DNA from: Phallusia mammillata
Taxonomy: Eukaryota
Assembly: GCA_965637545.1 (NCBI GenBank)
Contig: OZ281499.1
Span: 7,006,001 to 7,070,000 of the forward strand
Reading direction: 5' to 3'
Length of the DNA: 64,000 nucleotides
Of this stretch, positions 24,384-37,994 are shown piece after piece (position 1 is the stretch's first letter; the number at the start of each line of letters is the position of its first letter). The translations under genes were made by a program, and so were the position numbers. The notes below the pieces were generated by a model. The model saw nothing but the letters and a program-made list of their open reading frames with translations. It ran no database searches and was not told the DNA's origin.

Positions 24384-26099
24384 AATACGTTTGGCGCTTG
24401 TCACGTGACCAAAATTTGGCAAATCAGGTTCCTATATTGGCTGAAAAGAGAAAAAAGAAACTAAAAGAAAGATGGCGGCTTGCTGCTCGTCAGTTTGTTA
24501 TGGCGACCCTCTAAGCGGCTGGGTTTTGATTCGTCTCGATTTATGATAAAAACAAGGCCCTCACCGGGCCGGCACTTACTTTTTCGATAACTTCGTGGCC
24601 GGCCCGGTATGGAACAGCTTCTGGTGAGTAAAATCCAAGAAGATAAGATATATCCAAGAATAATAATCCAAAAAATAGTGCGCGGTAGGCTCAGTTGATA
24701 AATATCCAATTTGGCTCAGTGCCGTTTCTTGCTTGTTTTATAAAATCCAGTGCGGCACAGTGCCGTTTCTTGTTTTCCCTCTGTTTTTTTTAGTATTGTG
24801 GCCACAGCGGCACACCACAAACTCTAATTTTTCTAAATTTTTGCAGAGCCTAAACCGCGAGTTCTAAAAAGCCGAGAAGCGATTTTTTTACAGCATCTAC
24901 GTTTCGAAGCGGTATTTTGTTATTTCCCAAGGCTATGAATTGTTTCCCGATAACAATTTCACGACTATTTGGCGTAATAGTGAATTATTCTGTTTGTGAC
25001 GTCATAATGTTTGTGTGAGATCACTGTTAAGCGTTGTCTGGCTCATAATCCTTTGAACCAGCTCTAAAGTTGGCGGTAAAACGAATAATTTTTGTTTGAT
25101 GTTTTTTTTTTTTAAACTAGCGTAGTAATTTTTTAAAAAAAACTAGCGTAGTAACGAAAACCTTTCCTGATTTACAAACAAAAATACAACCCAAATAGTA
25201 AGAATGCATATCCATGGGTCGCGAGAAGCCACAAAACAAAATTTTGATGAGTATTTGGGTCGCGACAAAAAAGGTTGGGAACAACTGATCTAGGCAACGC
25301 CGTGGTGTCTCAACCCTTGTTTTCTTTGCACAAGTAGTGTGCGCTTACCCAAACCCGCCTGTTGTGTTTCAAGACATGTGAGCTCACATTCCCAAATTCA
25401 CGGAATTCTACAAAGCCACCATTTTTGGCCCTAGCTATCACCTGTTGAGGTACCTCCAGCAATTCCGCTCCATCCTATATTAATAGGAGATTGCGAGTGT
25501 CGATTTCTCTCAAGTGGTTCAAAGAGACAGACGGTGTGTCAACAAGAAGGCGGTGCGGCTCTATCAAGGAGCGCATAGGCAGAACGTTGATTGGTCGGCG
25601 TTTGATTTTGCTGCCCCTGAAATACCTTTCGGGGCTCGACGCCCAGTGGAACAGCATTCGGTTCCTGTGGTACGCGATACCAGGGAACGAAGACCACGCT
25701 CTACAAAGTTAGAAAATAAATTAACAACTCATTAAGTTCAGAAGACTGGAGAGGTAATGGGTCACTAATTGACACATGTTGAGAAGAAGTTATAGGATCC
25801 AAGAAGAAATGACCGTGGTAAACAATTGGTCCCTTAAAGACATGGAAAAACACTTCCCAGTCTAATTGGTTCCGCTGTGATGTTTTAATTCGACTTAGAG
25901 GCTAAAATGCTTCAGGTAAAAAGCCACTGGAAGTGTTTCAATCTCTTACGATTTACCACACTGCCTACGGATTTGGAATCACACACATTGTTTTTTTTGT
26001 ATGCTACAATCATTTATGACACTTAAATTTTTTTTTTTTCCTCTTCAGTAGGTGCAGATGCCAAACAATCATCTACATAAAAATTGTGCTTCACTATTT

Positions 26100-26990
26100 C
26101 AGACACATGTTCGCCAACTTACAAGTGGTCCAAATCTTAAACCAGATGATTTTCTGTTGGTTTGCAGCAGTTTGCCACTTCACTGCGCAAATGTCTTTTG
26201 ATTTTAAAAAGCTTGGGGAATTTTAGTGATCTGAACACCGCTGATAGGTTGGTTGAGTTGGTATTGAAGTTACGCTACAGCTCACAAAATTTGCGGAAGC
26301 GTCGTGTGGCTGCTATCCTCCGAGAAAAGGGTGAAGAAGCTTTTAGTTGACTTTGTTGGAGAAGAAGCAGAGGTTGCCAACACTGTTTTTGGAAAAACTG
26401 CTGGTGTTACGCCTTTTTTCGGTTCTGTTGCAATAACGGGCTGTTAGTACCCAAATTAACTTGTTTTAAAATATAAAAAGAGTAACACGATAAAAGACAA
26501 GCAGCGCAGATATACAGTCGCGACACCACCACCGCTCAACACCAACTCCAAATGAGGGCTTCTCAGCCGCGTGGGGCCAAGTTCCCTCGACAATTCGTTC
26601 CATCGAACACGAAATATAAATATTGTTTGACGTCATAAATAGGTGACAAAATGAAAACGTAACACTGGTACCTCGCAAAAGAGAAGAAAGGACGCCCCAG
26701 GACAAGTCATCGAGAAGAGTTCTGTTCACACAGTTGTAACCAAGGAAAATAGAGCCCCCACACACACCAGATTTACAAAATCAGTTTCAAAGTGCTTGTT
26801 CTGCAGTCAAAGTCACTTCTTTGTTGACTGCCCCACTTTAAAAGAACAAAACCTGTTTCAGAAAGAGCCAACTGGTTTAGTGACAAGTATTTATGTTTTG
26901 TGCATCAGTTATAAGAAATCCTGAGGCAAGAAAAGAAAGTTCAAGTGTGAGTAATGTGCCTTGTATAACCCAAAAAGAACATTTCTTCTC
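26100..26990 (+). pseudogene. BEL/Pao gag-like fragment, present only in the left arm
   Basis: LQQFATSLRKCLLILKSLGNFSDLNT...LVLKL and EAEVANTVFG, plus a CLFCSQSH...C zinc-knuckle remnant at ~26790. Confidence 0.6.
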
Positions 26991-27878
26991 TTAATAAGCA
27001 TACTTACACATTGTGGGCGCGAATGTGATATCACATGTGCCAATTGTCTTTTTTTGCATGCTACAATCATTTCTGACACATAAATAATCTCATTATTCTG
27101 AAGGGATTTCATTTGGACAACTCAAATGTGTAGATTAAATGAGATAAAAAAGAATTGAGCTTGGTGCATTTACTGTTTGTTTGTTTGTTTCGTTTTTGTC
27201 TTCGGTGGGCGGGCAACGCCTGAATGCGTTATGCTCACAATGAGTCCGCCGTCGAGCTGCCTGTTTTATTGGAAATCCGTTGATCATTTTTTATTTGATT
27301 TTTCGACTTAAGGCAGTTGGTGACTTTAATTTAGTTCAACCAGAGATTACCAAGCAGATACTGCACACTGAGTTTTTTATTAACCCTTAAACGGGCCAAA
27401 CAGATTTTTTTTGTAAATGTAAGAAACGACTTTGCAGATAGTATCAACACTTGACAACTATTACATTTTTGCCATTTTTATTTTCACACATATTCATGTA
27501 GAAATCAGGTGGGAATATATGTACCGCTGCCTCAGGTGTATGGGAACATACTTCCCACAGCCTTTCTAAAGGGCTATGCAGACATAAGGGCTCTACAGAC
27601 ATACTGCGTTTTGCGTCAAACGGCGCGTTTTTGCGTCAAACGGCTCGCGGTACACTTAACACACACGCCGACGGCGATGACGTCGGGGCGAAAATCTCCG
27701 TTCAGCGCGTCAAGCGGCAGAGTTAAAAATGTTTTAACTTTTCCGCGTGACGCGTTGATGTTTTGTGTCAACGAAATTCAACGAAGTGAACTTTGTGATA
27801 ACTTGGATTAAAAATACTGCGTTTATTTGTCACATTGTATTAATAAGTATGTCTTAAGGTTTTAGCAAAACACTTAGG

Positions 27879-28906
27879 ATGAGTTTTAATGAGATTTTAA
27901 TTCAAATGATCCGGGATGCACCATACTTATACAATTCCAAAGACAAATATTACAAGGACCAAATTAAAAAAGACAACATGTGGACCAAAATTAGTCAGAG
28001 AACCGGACAACCAGGTAATGTGTACTGTGTAGCTGTTGTCAGTTGCCCCATTGTTTTGAGGCAAATATTGCATATATTGTTAATGCTAATACTATGCTAT
28101 GGGTATGCCTAAAGTTATTTTTTTTGCAGTTGAGTTATGCACAAAGCGCTGGAAAAGCCTGCGTGATCGGTTTTCGAAAGAAAGGAAAAAAAATGAAAAT
28201 ATGAAAAGAAGTGGTGCATCTGGGACAACCATATCTGTTTAGGAACATTATGATTCCCTTACTTTTTTGCTTGATCATCTCCGGCACAAAATGTGAGTAC
28301 ATTTGGGTGGAATTTAGAACACTTTAACCAACATATACAACATTTATCTTATTTAGAACTGTTGGAAACTTTACACCCACTACATCAGATACTTCTCTTG
28401 ATTCACTACAAGAGGAAACACTACTGGATTTGACCAATACTAGTACTACAGCTGATGAAGGTCCTACGAACATCTTCTTTGTTATATTCCATTTCTAAAT
28501 TTGTTTTCGTTTTAATAGATTTGATAACTTTGGAACCTGTTGAATCCGACACAGAAGTAAGTGAGGTTCCTTCTTGCCAGCAAACCAGTTCAGCACAGCC
28601 AAGCAAAAAAAGAAAACTGGCTAACCGATCAGAGCTTCAAGTAAGTTGAAACATTTTGGTTAAAAATTGTAAGGCAATAACTGTATGTTTCTTCAGGAAA
28701 ACATATACAACATGTATAAAGAAAATAAACAAACAATTGAAGCTATTCAGTCAAAAGCCACAGGTCCAAATGATGAGTACGATAGTTTTGGAAAAAATGT
28801 TTCTTGCAAACTAAGAAAGATGGGTACTGTCCTTGCTGATCAGGCCATGAGCACTATTCTGCAGTACTTATGTGAGCAAAGTTCTGGTGATGGTAACCAA
28901 AAATAA
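27879..28906 (+). pseudogene. Harbinger A MADF/Myb-SANT DNA-binding gene (multi-exon)
   Basis: LIQMIRDAPYLYNSKDKYYKD..KKDNMW, then KRWKSLRDRF..E. In-frame TAG near 28240. BESS-like C-terminus DEYDSFGKNV. Confidence 0.85.
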
Positions 28907-29074
28907 ACTTTCTCCATTATGTGTACATAAATTATATTCTTTCTCTTCTTCAACTTTTCAGTTCTTTCCAATTGTTAAGAATTTATTTTCAATAAACAAT
29001 GAAACCGATATGTGGTGTGACAAAAAGAAAAGAAGTGAAACAGAAACTTATAACACCAATAACCAAGTTTTAAA

Positions 29075-30510
29075 CTAGATGCGGTTTAACACTGCATTTT
29101 GCCAAGGCAATTTCCCAAAGTCAGATAAAATTAAAAAGTAATCTTTAAAACTTTCACGAATAAGGTAAGCATCTTTAGCATACATGTTAGATCCAGTCCG
29201 CCCCATACTATGTAAATTGGTGTTTTGTTGAAAGTTGTTTCTCCATTCTCCCATTGTAACATTGCCCATTCTGTCCTCACGATCAACATAGGTTGGTGAA
29301 CAATATAGCCTTTCCTGTGGTAACCTTTGTTTGTTTTTAGTTTGTAGGTAATTATGCAAGCAGCAAGCTGCCTTTGTAATTACAACAGCTTTATGGGGTT
29401 CAGCAATTATTGGCCTTCTGAAAAAATCCAACGCGTAGCCAAAATACCAAATGTATTCTCTATCACCCTTCTTGCTCGAGACAGTCTGTAGTTAAAAATA
29501 CTTTTTTCCTCTGGAAGTCTTCTGCCAGGGTAGGGCCTCATTAAATTTGTTTTTAAGGGGAATGCTGCATCTCCAACAACGCAATATGGTACCATAGCAT
29601 TGGTTCTTGGAAGATATTCCTCTGGTGGTAAATTCAGGTCATTTTCTAGAAATCTTTTTCCCAATCCTGAATTTGAAAACACGCCTCCATCGCTGTGACG
29701 CCCAGAATCCCCAATGTCAACCATTGTGAAGCAATACTGTGCATCACAAACTGCCATAAGAACAATGCTGTGGGATCCCTTGTAGTTAAAAACTCTGAAC
29801 CAGAGTTTCCTGGTGCTTGGATAACAATATGCTTTCCATCAATTGCCCCAACACACATAGGAAAGTCCCATAGTTCATAAAACTCTTGGGCAATTTTTTT
29901 CCACTCAGCTTGTGAGGATGGTGGCTTCAAATATTCAGGCATTAATGTATTCCATATGGCTTCACATGTTTCCATTATTATCAGCCCAACAGTTGATTGT
30001 CCAACCCTGTAGCTCAGGGAAATTGTGGTCTGAGAGTCACCAGTAGCCAAATATCTAAAAAAAATAATACACAAACTAAGTATACATTGTAAAAGCTAAA
30101 TAAATTTAATATCTTGAACCATACCTTAAAGTGATTGCCAGTCTTTCATCTGGTGATATTGCTTTTCTCCAATGTGTGTGCTTTTTATGAATAAGTGGTT
30201 CAACTTTCAGCAACAGTTCATCAAAAGTATCTTTGTCCATTCGAAAGTATTTGTGGAAACTTTCTGGATCTGAGCGCATGTTTTGGACTAAATTAAATTC
30301 ACCCAACTCCTCTCTGTCCAAAAGAATTTCTCGAACCCATTCTCTAATCACCAAAACAAAAAATGTTTAAAAGCCCAAGAAACATGAATTATTTAAAATA
30401 AAATAGGTGATTACCTTCTATGTGCTAGATGAAGTGTCAAAAACAATATTAGGAGACTTTGTTGTTGCAAAAGTAGCAGCAAAAGCAAAGACATTTCTTG
30501 ATCATCCATT
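29075..30510 (-). pseudogene. Harbinger A DDE transposase (HARBI1/ALP1-like), frameshifted
   Basis: [54 protein letters not shown]. Confidence 0.93.
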
Positions 30511-30827
30511 GTTTGAAATGCCAGCAACTGGTCAATACAGAACGCTTCAACAGTAGCATCTGTCACGCCGTCACGGCAACCGCGACTTGTGTGCAAAGGT
30601 CACCGCACGACGCCAAACGCGGCGGGACGCATAAAATGCCGTTCCGCACGGCTGACGCGAACGCTTGAAGCAAACGCAGTATGTCTGTAGAGCCCTATAC
30701 GCGTTAAACGTCAAGCGTCTGGCGATGTGACACTCGCGTCAACCGATAAACGTTGCGTCAAGCGATAAGGGGTTACACACACACTACGCGGTAGGCGTCA
30801 AAGCGGACGACGGTATATGCTGCAAAG

Positions 30828-31778
30828 AGGGATTCTCCGTGTATGTACGATGCTCAGCATTGTAACTATAAGGACAGCAAGCGAAAGGAAAACATTTGGA
30901 AGAACATCAGTCAATGCACTGGTCAATCAAGTAAGTTAGTTCAATTACTCTTTACAGAGCATGCACATAACTCTACAAATTCACTATACACATACATATG
31001 TTACGGTGGATGTTTGTATGAAACGTTAGGGCCTAAGAGACCGATTTTTGAAAGAAAAAAAGAAACAAGAGAGTGCCAAAAAAGTGGTGCAGGGGCTTCA
31101 GCCACATCAACTTGGGAACACTACGATGCACTTACATTTTTGAATGACCATTTAAGGCACAAGTTGTATGTCAATTAATGACATTATTTGACTGGTTACT
31201 GTTTAATACTGTACTCTGCTAAATAATTTTGCATACTTTGTAGGACAGTTGGTAATGTGCCTTCAAACCCTGCAGTTCTTGATATTACACAAGATGATGC
31301 AGACACAACTGATGGTATGAATAATCATTAAACATGTACTTTTTATGACTTATGTGTGTGTTTTTGATTTTATGTTTAGAAACGATTACACTTGAAGTTG
31401 TAGATGACCCCCCTGTCCCTAACATATCTACCTCTACACCAAGTACTTCATCTAGACCAGCTAAGAAACGAAAATGTTCAGATCGCATAGAGTTTGAGGT
31501 TAGCAAAATTAAACCACTGATATATGTTGTATTGTTGTCATTAATGATCTTCCCATATTATGTTGTAGGAAGGCATTTTAAAAATGTTACATGAAAATAG
31601 AACATCAGTAGAAGAAATTAAAGGCTTGAGACCAAACCCATCAAAAGATGATCAATTCATCAACTTTGGAAATGTTGTTGCCAACAGTTTGAAAAGCATG
31701 ACAACAGACATAGCATATGAGGCTATGAGTGACATAATGCAGTATTTGTCACAAAAATTTAAACCTTCCTCTGATTAA
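30828..31778 (+). pseudogene. Harbinger B MADF gene, lacking its N-terminus and promoter
   Basis: DSPCMYDAQHCNYKDSKRKENIW begins directly after the duplicated end sequence. Exon layout matches the A copy. Confidence 0.82.
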
Positions 31779-31952
31779 TTTGCTGTTTTTTAGTTTTTTT
31801 TTCATTATCGCTTCTTTCTGTGCAAACTTACATTCCACAATTGCTCATGTAGCATACATGAAAATGGTGTATTGAAGAACATAAACATGAAATGGTGTAT
31901 TGAATAACATAAAACATACACATGAAGCTAAAAAGTACAAGCATGTATGCAC

Positions 31953-33371
31953 TTACAGTCGATTAACTACATTATTTTGCCATGAAAGTTTGCCATTTTC
32001 TGACCAGAAATAATCCTTAAATGTATCCCTAATTAGAGCAGCTTCATGAGAATACATATTTGTACCCATTCTACCTATGGGTTGGAAGTTTGAGGAGTTT
32101 TGAATTTCATATCGCCATTCTCCAAATATCATATTTCCCATTCTGTCTTCCCGGTCAACATATGTTGGTGCACAATACATTCTTTCATTTTCCAAAGATT
32201 GCCTACTTTTTATCTGTAAAAAGTTATGTAAACAACAGGCAGCTTTTGTTATGGCAATTGCTTTTTGGGGCTCAGCTATAATAGGTCTTCTGAATATTCG
32301 CCAGCGAGTGGCTAAAATACCAAAGGTATTTTCGATGACCCTTCTGGCACGTGATAGACGGTAGTTAAAACACTTTTATCAAAAGGAAGTCTCTTTCCTG
32401 GGTATAGGGTCTCATTAGGTTGGGTCTTAGAGGAAAAGCAGCATCACCCACAATACAGTAAGGGACAGTTAGATTGGTTTTTGGAATACATTAAGCAGCA
32501 GGCATATTTAAATCATCATTCATAAATTTTTTACCATATTCAGAATTGGCAAAAACACCCCCATCACTGTGTCTGCCCGAATCACCAATATCTAACAAAG
32601 TAAAGCAATAATGTGCATCACATACAGCCATTAATACAATGCTATGTGTTCCCTTGTAGTTAAAATATTCAGATCCAGCATTTTTGGGGGCTTGAATGAC
32701 CACATGCTTGCCATCTATGGCACCTAAACACATTGGAAAATCCCATAAATCATCAAACTCCTTTGCAATTATTTTCCATTCTTCTGAAATTTGTGGGGGT
32801 TTAAGGTATTCTGGCTGCAATACAGACCATATTGCTTCACAAGTTTCATTGATGATTTGGCACACAGTTGAATGGCCAACTCTGTAACTCAAGGAAATGG
32901 TTGCTTGAGAGTCCCCGGTGGCCAAAAATCTGTAATAAACGTGGTCATATTAAAATAATGGACTTGCACATTAATCAACAAACTAGTAAAACCCACCTTA
33001 GCGTAATTGCGAGTCTTTGTGCAGATGAAATTGATTTTCTCCAGTGGGTATCCTTTTTGCTGATCAAAGGTTCTACTTTCTGGAGTAGTTCATAGAAAGT
33101 TTGCACATCCATTCTAAAGTACTTGTGAAAGCTTTGATGGTCATTCTGCATGTTTTTCACCAAGTTAAACTCACCCATTTCTTCTCTGTCCTGAAAGATT
33201 GGACGAACCCATACTCTGCACATAAACTAAAATCCTCAACAAATTGATTTAGGTACTTTGATAGTGAAATATGTCTTACCTTCTTGGGTAAATAATGTTG
33301 CGAACAAGTATCATGATAAGAATCAATTGCTGTTCCAGCAACAATAAAAGCAGTAGGTCAATTCTATCCAT
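31953..33371 (-). pseudogene. Harbinger B DDE transposase, frameshifted
   Basis: [37 protein letters not shown]. Paralogous to A. Confidence 0.92.
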
Positions 33372-35589
33372 TTTAACTGTTCAGTGAAGATAAGGCTGAT
33401 TTTGCATCACAACAATCCCTCTTTGCAGCATATACCGTCGTCCGCTTTGACGCCTACCGCGTAGTGTGTGTGTAACCCCTTATCGCTTGACGCGACGTTT
33501 ATCGGTTGACGCGAGTGTCACATCGCCAACGCCAGACGCTTGACGTTTAACGCGTATGTCTGCATAGCCCTTTAGAAAGGCTGTGGGAAGTATGTTCCCA
33601 TACACCTGAGGCAGCGGTACATATATTCCCACCTGATTTCTACATGAATATGTGTGAAAATAAAAATGGCAAAAATGTAATAGTTGTCAAGTGTTGATAC
33701 TATCTGCAAAGTCGTTTCTTACATTTACAAAAAAAATCTGTTTGGCCCGTTTAAGGGTTAATAAAAAACTCAGTGTGCAGTATCTGCTTGGTAATCTCTG
33801 GTTGAACTAAATTAAAGTCACCAACTGCCTTAAGTCGAAAAATCAAATAAAAAATGATCAACGGATTTCCAATAAAACAGGCAGCTCGACGGCGGACTCA
33901 TTGTGAGCATAACGCATTCAGGGGTTGCCCGCCCACCGTGGACAAAAATGAAACATACAAACAAACAAACAGTAAATGCAGTAAGCTCAATTCTTTTTTA
34001 TCTTATTTGATCTAGACATTTGAGTTTGGAAAAGAGATGTCCAAATGAGATCCCTTCAGAATAATGAGATTATTTAAGTGTCATAAATGATTGTAGCATA
34101 CAAAAAAAACAATGTGTGTGATTCCAAATCCGTAGGCAGTGTGGTAAATCGTAAGAGATTGAAACACTTCCAGTGGCTTTTTACCTGAAGCATTTTAGCC
34201 TCTAAGTCGAATTAAAACATCACAGCGGAACCAATTAGACTGGGAAGTGTTTTTCCATGTCTTTAAGGGACCAGTTGTTTACCACGGTCATTTCTTCTTG
34301 GATCCTATAACTTCTTCTCAACATGTGTCAATTAGTGACCCATTACCTCTCCAGTCTTCTGAACTTAATGAGTTGTTAATTTATTTTCTAACTTTGTAGA
34401 GCGTGGTCTTCGTTCCCTGGTATCGCGTACCACAGGAACCGAATGCTGTTCCACTGGGCGTCGAGCCCCGAAAGGTATTTCAGGGGCAGCAAAATCAAAC
34501 GCCGACCAATCAACGTTCTGCCTATGCGCTCCTTGATAGAGCCGCACCGCCTTCTTGTTGACACACCGTCTGTCTCTTTGAACCACTTGAGAGAAATCGA
34601 CACTCGCAATCTCCTATTAATATAGGATGGAGCGGAATTGCTGGAGGTACCTCAACAGGTGATAGCTAGGGCCAAAAATGGTGGCTTTGTAGAATTCCGT
34701 GAATTTGGAAATGTGAGCTCACATGTCTTGAAACACAACAGGCGGGTTTGGGTAAGCGCACACTACTTGTGCAAAGAAAACAAGGGTTGAGACACCACGG
34801 CGTTGCCTAGATCAGTTGTTCCCAACCTTTTTTGTCGCGACCCAAATACTCATCAAAATTTTGTTTTGTGGCTTCTCGCGACCCATGGATATGCATTCTT
34901 ACTATTTGGGTTGTATTTTTGTTTGTAAATCAGGAAAGGTTTTCGTTACTACGCTAGTTTTTTTTAAAAAAATTACTACGCTAGTTTGAAAAAAAAACAT
35001 CAAACAAAAATTATTCGTTTTACCGCCAACTTTAGAGCTGGTTCAAAGGATTATGAGCCAGACAACGCTTAACAGTGATCTCACACAAACATTATGACGT
35101 CACAAACAGAATAATTCATTATTACGCCAAATAGTCGTGAAATTGTTATTGGGAAACAATTCATAGCCTTGGGAAATAACAAAATACCGCTTCGAAACGT
35201 AGATGCTGTAAAAAAAATCGCTTCTCGGCTTTTTAGAACTCGCGGTTTAGGCTCTGCAAAAATTTAGAAAAATTAGAGTTTGTGGTGTGCCGCTGTGGCC
35301 ACAATACTAAAAAACAGAGGGAAAACAAGAAACGGCACTGTGCCGCACTGGATTTTATAAAACAAGCAAGAAACGGCACTGAGCCAAATTGGATATTTAT
35401 CAACTGAGCCTACCGCGCACTATTTTTTGGATTATTATTCTTGGATATATCTTATCTTTTTGGATTTTACTCACCAGAAACTGTTCCATACCGGGCCGGC
35501 CACGAAGTTATCGAAAAAGTAAGTGCCGGCCCGGTGAGGGCCTTGTTTTTATCATAAATCGAGACGAATCAAAACCCAGCCGCTTAGAG

Positions 35590-37891
35590 CAGGGGTGTGC
35601 AACCTGCGGCCCGCGAAGAAAAATTGTGCGGCCCGCGGAGAAATGCCAATTTTGAAAGTGAATTCAACTTGTTATCTACGCCTATGACGTAACAACGCTC
35701 TATCAGAATAGCTTGTGTGAAGCGAACAAAGCAATTCACAAAGTATTCAATTGCTAAGCAGTGAGCATTTCTGAATCTAGTACACTGACTCATTGTAAAT
35801 TGTTTTGTCTGTAATGGCAAACTCTGTAGCAAATTTGCAGAATGCAAAAAAAGAGAAAGGTAGAGGAAGAGAAACGCAAGTTTCAGACGAGATGGACCTT
35901 TGAGTATTTCTTCATTGAAAATTCAGATAAAAGGCCTTTATGTCTTATTTGCAATCAAACTGTTAATGTTGCTAAAGAGTACAACGTTAAACGACACTAT
36001 GAGACAAAGCATTCTGAAGGTGTTTATGGAAAGCTAGAAGGACAAAACAGAAAGATGAAAGCGAAGCAAATGCAGGAAGAATTAAAAAGCCAGCGTTCGA
36101 GGATTCAAAAAATAAATAGCGATAACGAAAAAGCAATCCGATGTAGTTACTTGATTGCACAGAGAATAGCTCAAACCATGAAACCCTATTCCGACGGTAA
36201 TTTTGTGAAGCAGTGTCTTATCGATGTAGCAAAAGAAATGTGCCCTAAACTGAAGAGCGAGTTTGAGAAAATAAGTCTGTCACGGTGGACGATAGCGAGG
36301 CGTGTCGATGATCTTGCGTGTGATATCAGTGAGACTCTTAGGGATAAAGTGAAGAACTTTATTTCGTGGAGTTTTGCTATCGATGAAAGTACAGACCAGA
36401 AGGATACTGCACAGTTGGCCATATTTGTAAAAGGAGTGGACAAAGAGTTAAACGAAACCGAAGAGCTTCTTTCGCTACAGTCAATAAAGGGCACGACTAC
36501 TGGTGCTGATATCTTTACTGAAGTATTCGATGCTCTTGGCAAATTTGGACTTGACTTGTCCAACTTATGCGGAATCGCAACTGATGGTGCTCGATCCATG
36601 TCCGGAACTGGCATTGGATTTGTAGGTCTCTTAAAGTCTGCCTTGAGGGAGAGAAAAATCGATGACGATATTGCAATTTTTCATTGTATTATTCACCAGA
36701 AAAACCTGTGTGCAAAATCCTTAAAATTCAAACACGTCTTGAGCCCGGTAATTAAGGCAGTAAATTTCATTCGAGCACGCGGGCTCAACCATCGTCAGTT
36801 TCAAAAATTTCTGGATGACCTCAACACGACACATCAAGATCTAGTGTACTTTTCTGAAGTCCGTTGGTTAAGCAAGGGCTGCATGTTGCGCCGATTTTAC
36901 GAACTGCGGAAAGAAGTCGCGATTTTTTTGAAACTTAAAGGGCATCCAATAGATGAAATGGAAGACGAAAATTGGTTATGCGATCTAGGTTTCTTAGTTG
37001 ATATAACAACGCATCTAAATGAACTTAATACAAGACTCCAGCGAAAAAGCCAGTATGCAAATGAAATGTATGGTCACATAAAAGGTTTCATGAACAAATT
37101 ACGACTGTGGAAAGCTCACATACAGACAGGAAATTTTTTCCACTTTCCAACTTTAAGAAACTGTGGAATGCATCCCGAGAAAAAAACTGAATTTGCGACC
37201 AACTTGAAAAATTGTTGTGTGAATTTTTGAATCGTTTTAAGGACTTCAAATCTCATGAACATCTGTTCGATATATTCTCTTCGCCATTCAACACAGACGT
37301 TGACAAAGCACCAGTTGATATCCAACTTGAACTGATTGATCTCCAAGAGAATACTGATTTGAAAGCAAAGTACCTGGAAATGAATCTTGGCGATTTTTAC
37401 CGAAAACATCTCAACCCGGATAACTTTCCACATTTAAACAAATTTATGGCTTCAAAAATGGCCCTTTTCGGCTCAACGTATTTGTGCGAACAATTTTTCT
37501 CGAAAATGGGCGTGATGAAATCCCCCTATCGATCGGCTTTGACAGACGAACACTTGGAAAACGGACTTCGAATTGCGAGCACATCCATTAAAACAAATTT
37601 GGAAAAAGTCGTCGGGAAAAGAAGCCAGCTGCAAATTTCTCACTGAATTCGTGTAATGTGGGTGTGACAATAAATTTGAATAGCAGTTTTCTTCAGTAAT
37701 TTATGCGTCTTAACTTGATGTTTTTGCAAAGAGATAACCCCTAAAAATGCCATCAGATTAATAACGAAAAGAAACTAGATTAGTGCCTGCAACTGCTAGA
37801 AAGCCTAGGCTATGTTAAACGAACATGCGGCCCGCGGTTTCTTCCAGTTTTTCATTTCTGGCCCTCCTGTAATAAAGGTTGCACACCCCTG
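35590..37891 (+). mobile_element. hAT transposon, SPIN/GTF2IRD2-like, near intact
   Basis: Perfect TIRs CAGGGGTGTGCAACCT / AGGTTGCACACCCCTG. TSD GCTTAGAG. The empty site is present in the left arm at ~24509-24516. Confidence 0.96.
35842..37646 (+). pseudogene. hAT transposase with a single frameshift (~37180-37230)
   Basis: CLIC...KEYNVKRHY zinc finger, IDESTD, TDGA, HCIIHQ, EVRWLS and FGSTYLCEQFFS. Confidence 0.93.
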
Positions 37892-37994
37892 GCTTAGAGG
37901 GTCGCCATAACAAACTGACGAGGAGCAAGCCGCCATCTTTCTTTTAGTTTCTTTTTTCTCTTTTCAGCCAATATAGGAACCTGATTTGCCAAAT

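Larger units (their letters stand above)
27587..30696. mobile_element. Harbinger element A, inserted in the terminal repeat of B
   Basis: TIRs AGGGCTCTACAGACATACTGCGTTT / AAACGCAGTATGTCTGTAGAGCCCT. 3-bp TSD ATA at 27584-27586 and 30697-30699. Confidence 0.95.
24397..30834. repeat. Left arm of a large inverted duplication (contains later insertions)
   Basis: 24397-26027, ~27220-27586 and 30700-30834 are near-identical reverse complements of segments within 38011-33415. For example, ORFs 25475-25735 are mirrored at 34365-34625. Confidence 0.95.
27570..33571. mobile_element. Harbinger element B
   Basis: Termini AGGGCTATGCAGACATA / TATGTCTGCATAGCCCT. Convergent MADF (+) and DDE transposase (-) genes. 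Confidence 0.92.

Noticed and set aside
25370-25900. Short ORFs duplicated in both palindrome arms
   Set aside because: Their identity reflects the duplication. No recognisable domain, possibly a decayed LINE.
35217-35235. ATCGCTTCTCGGCTTTTT resembles the U2 snRNA 5' end (mirrored at ~24866-24883)
   Set aside because: Similarity stops after ~18 nt, with no branch-pairing region or Sm site.
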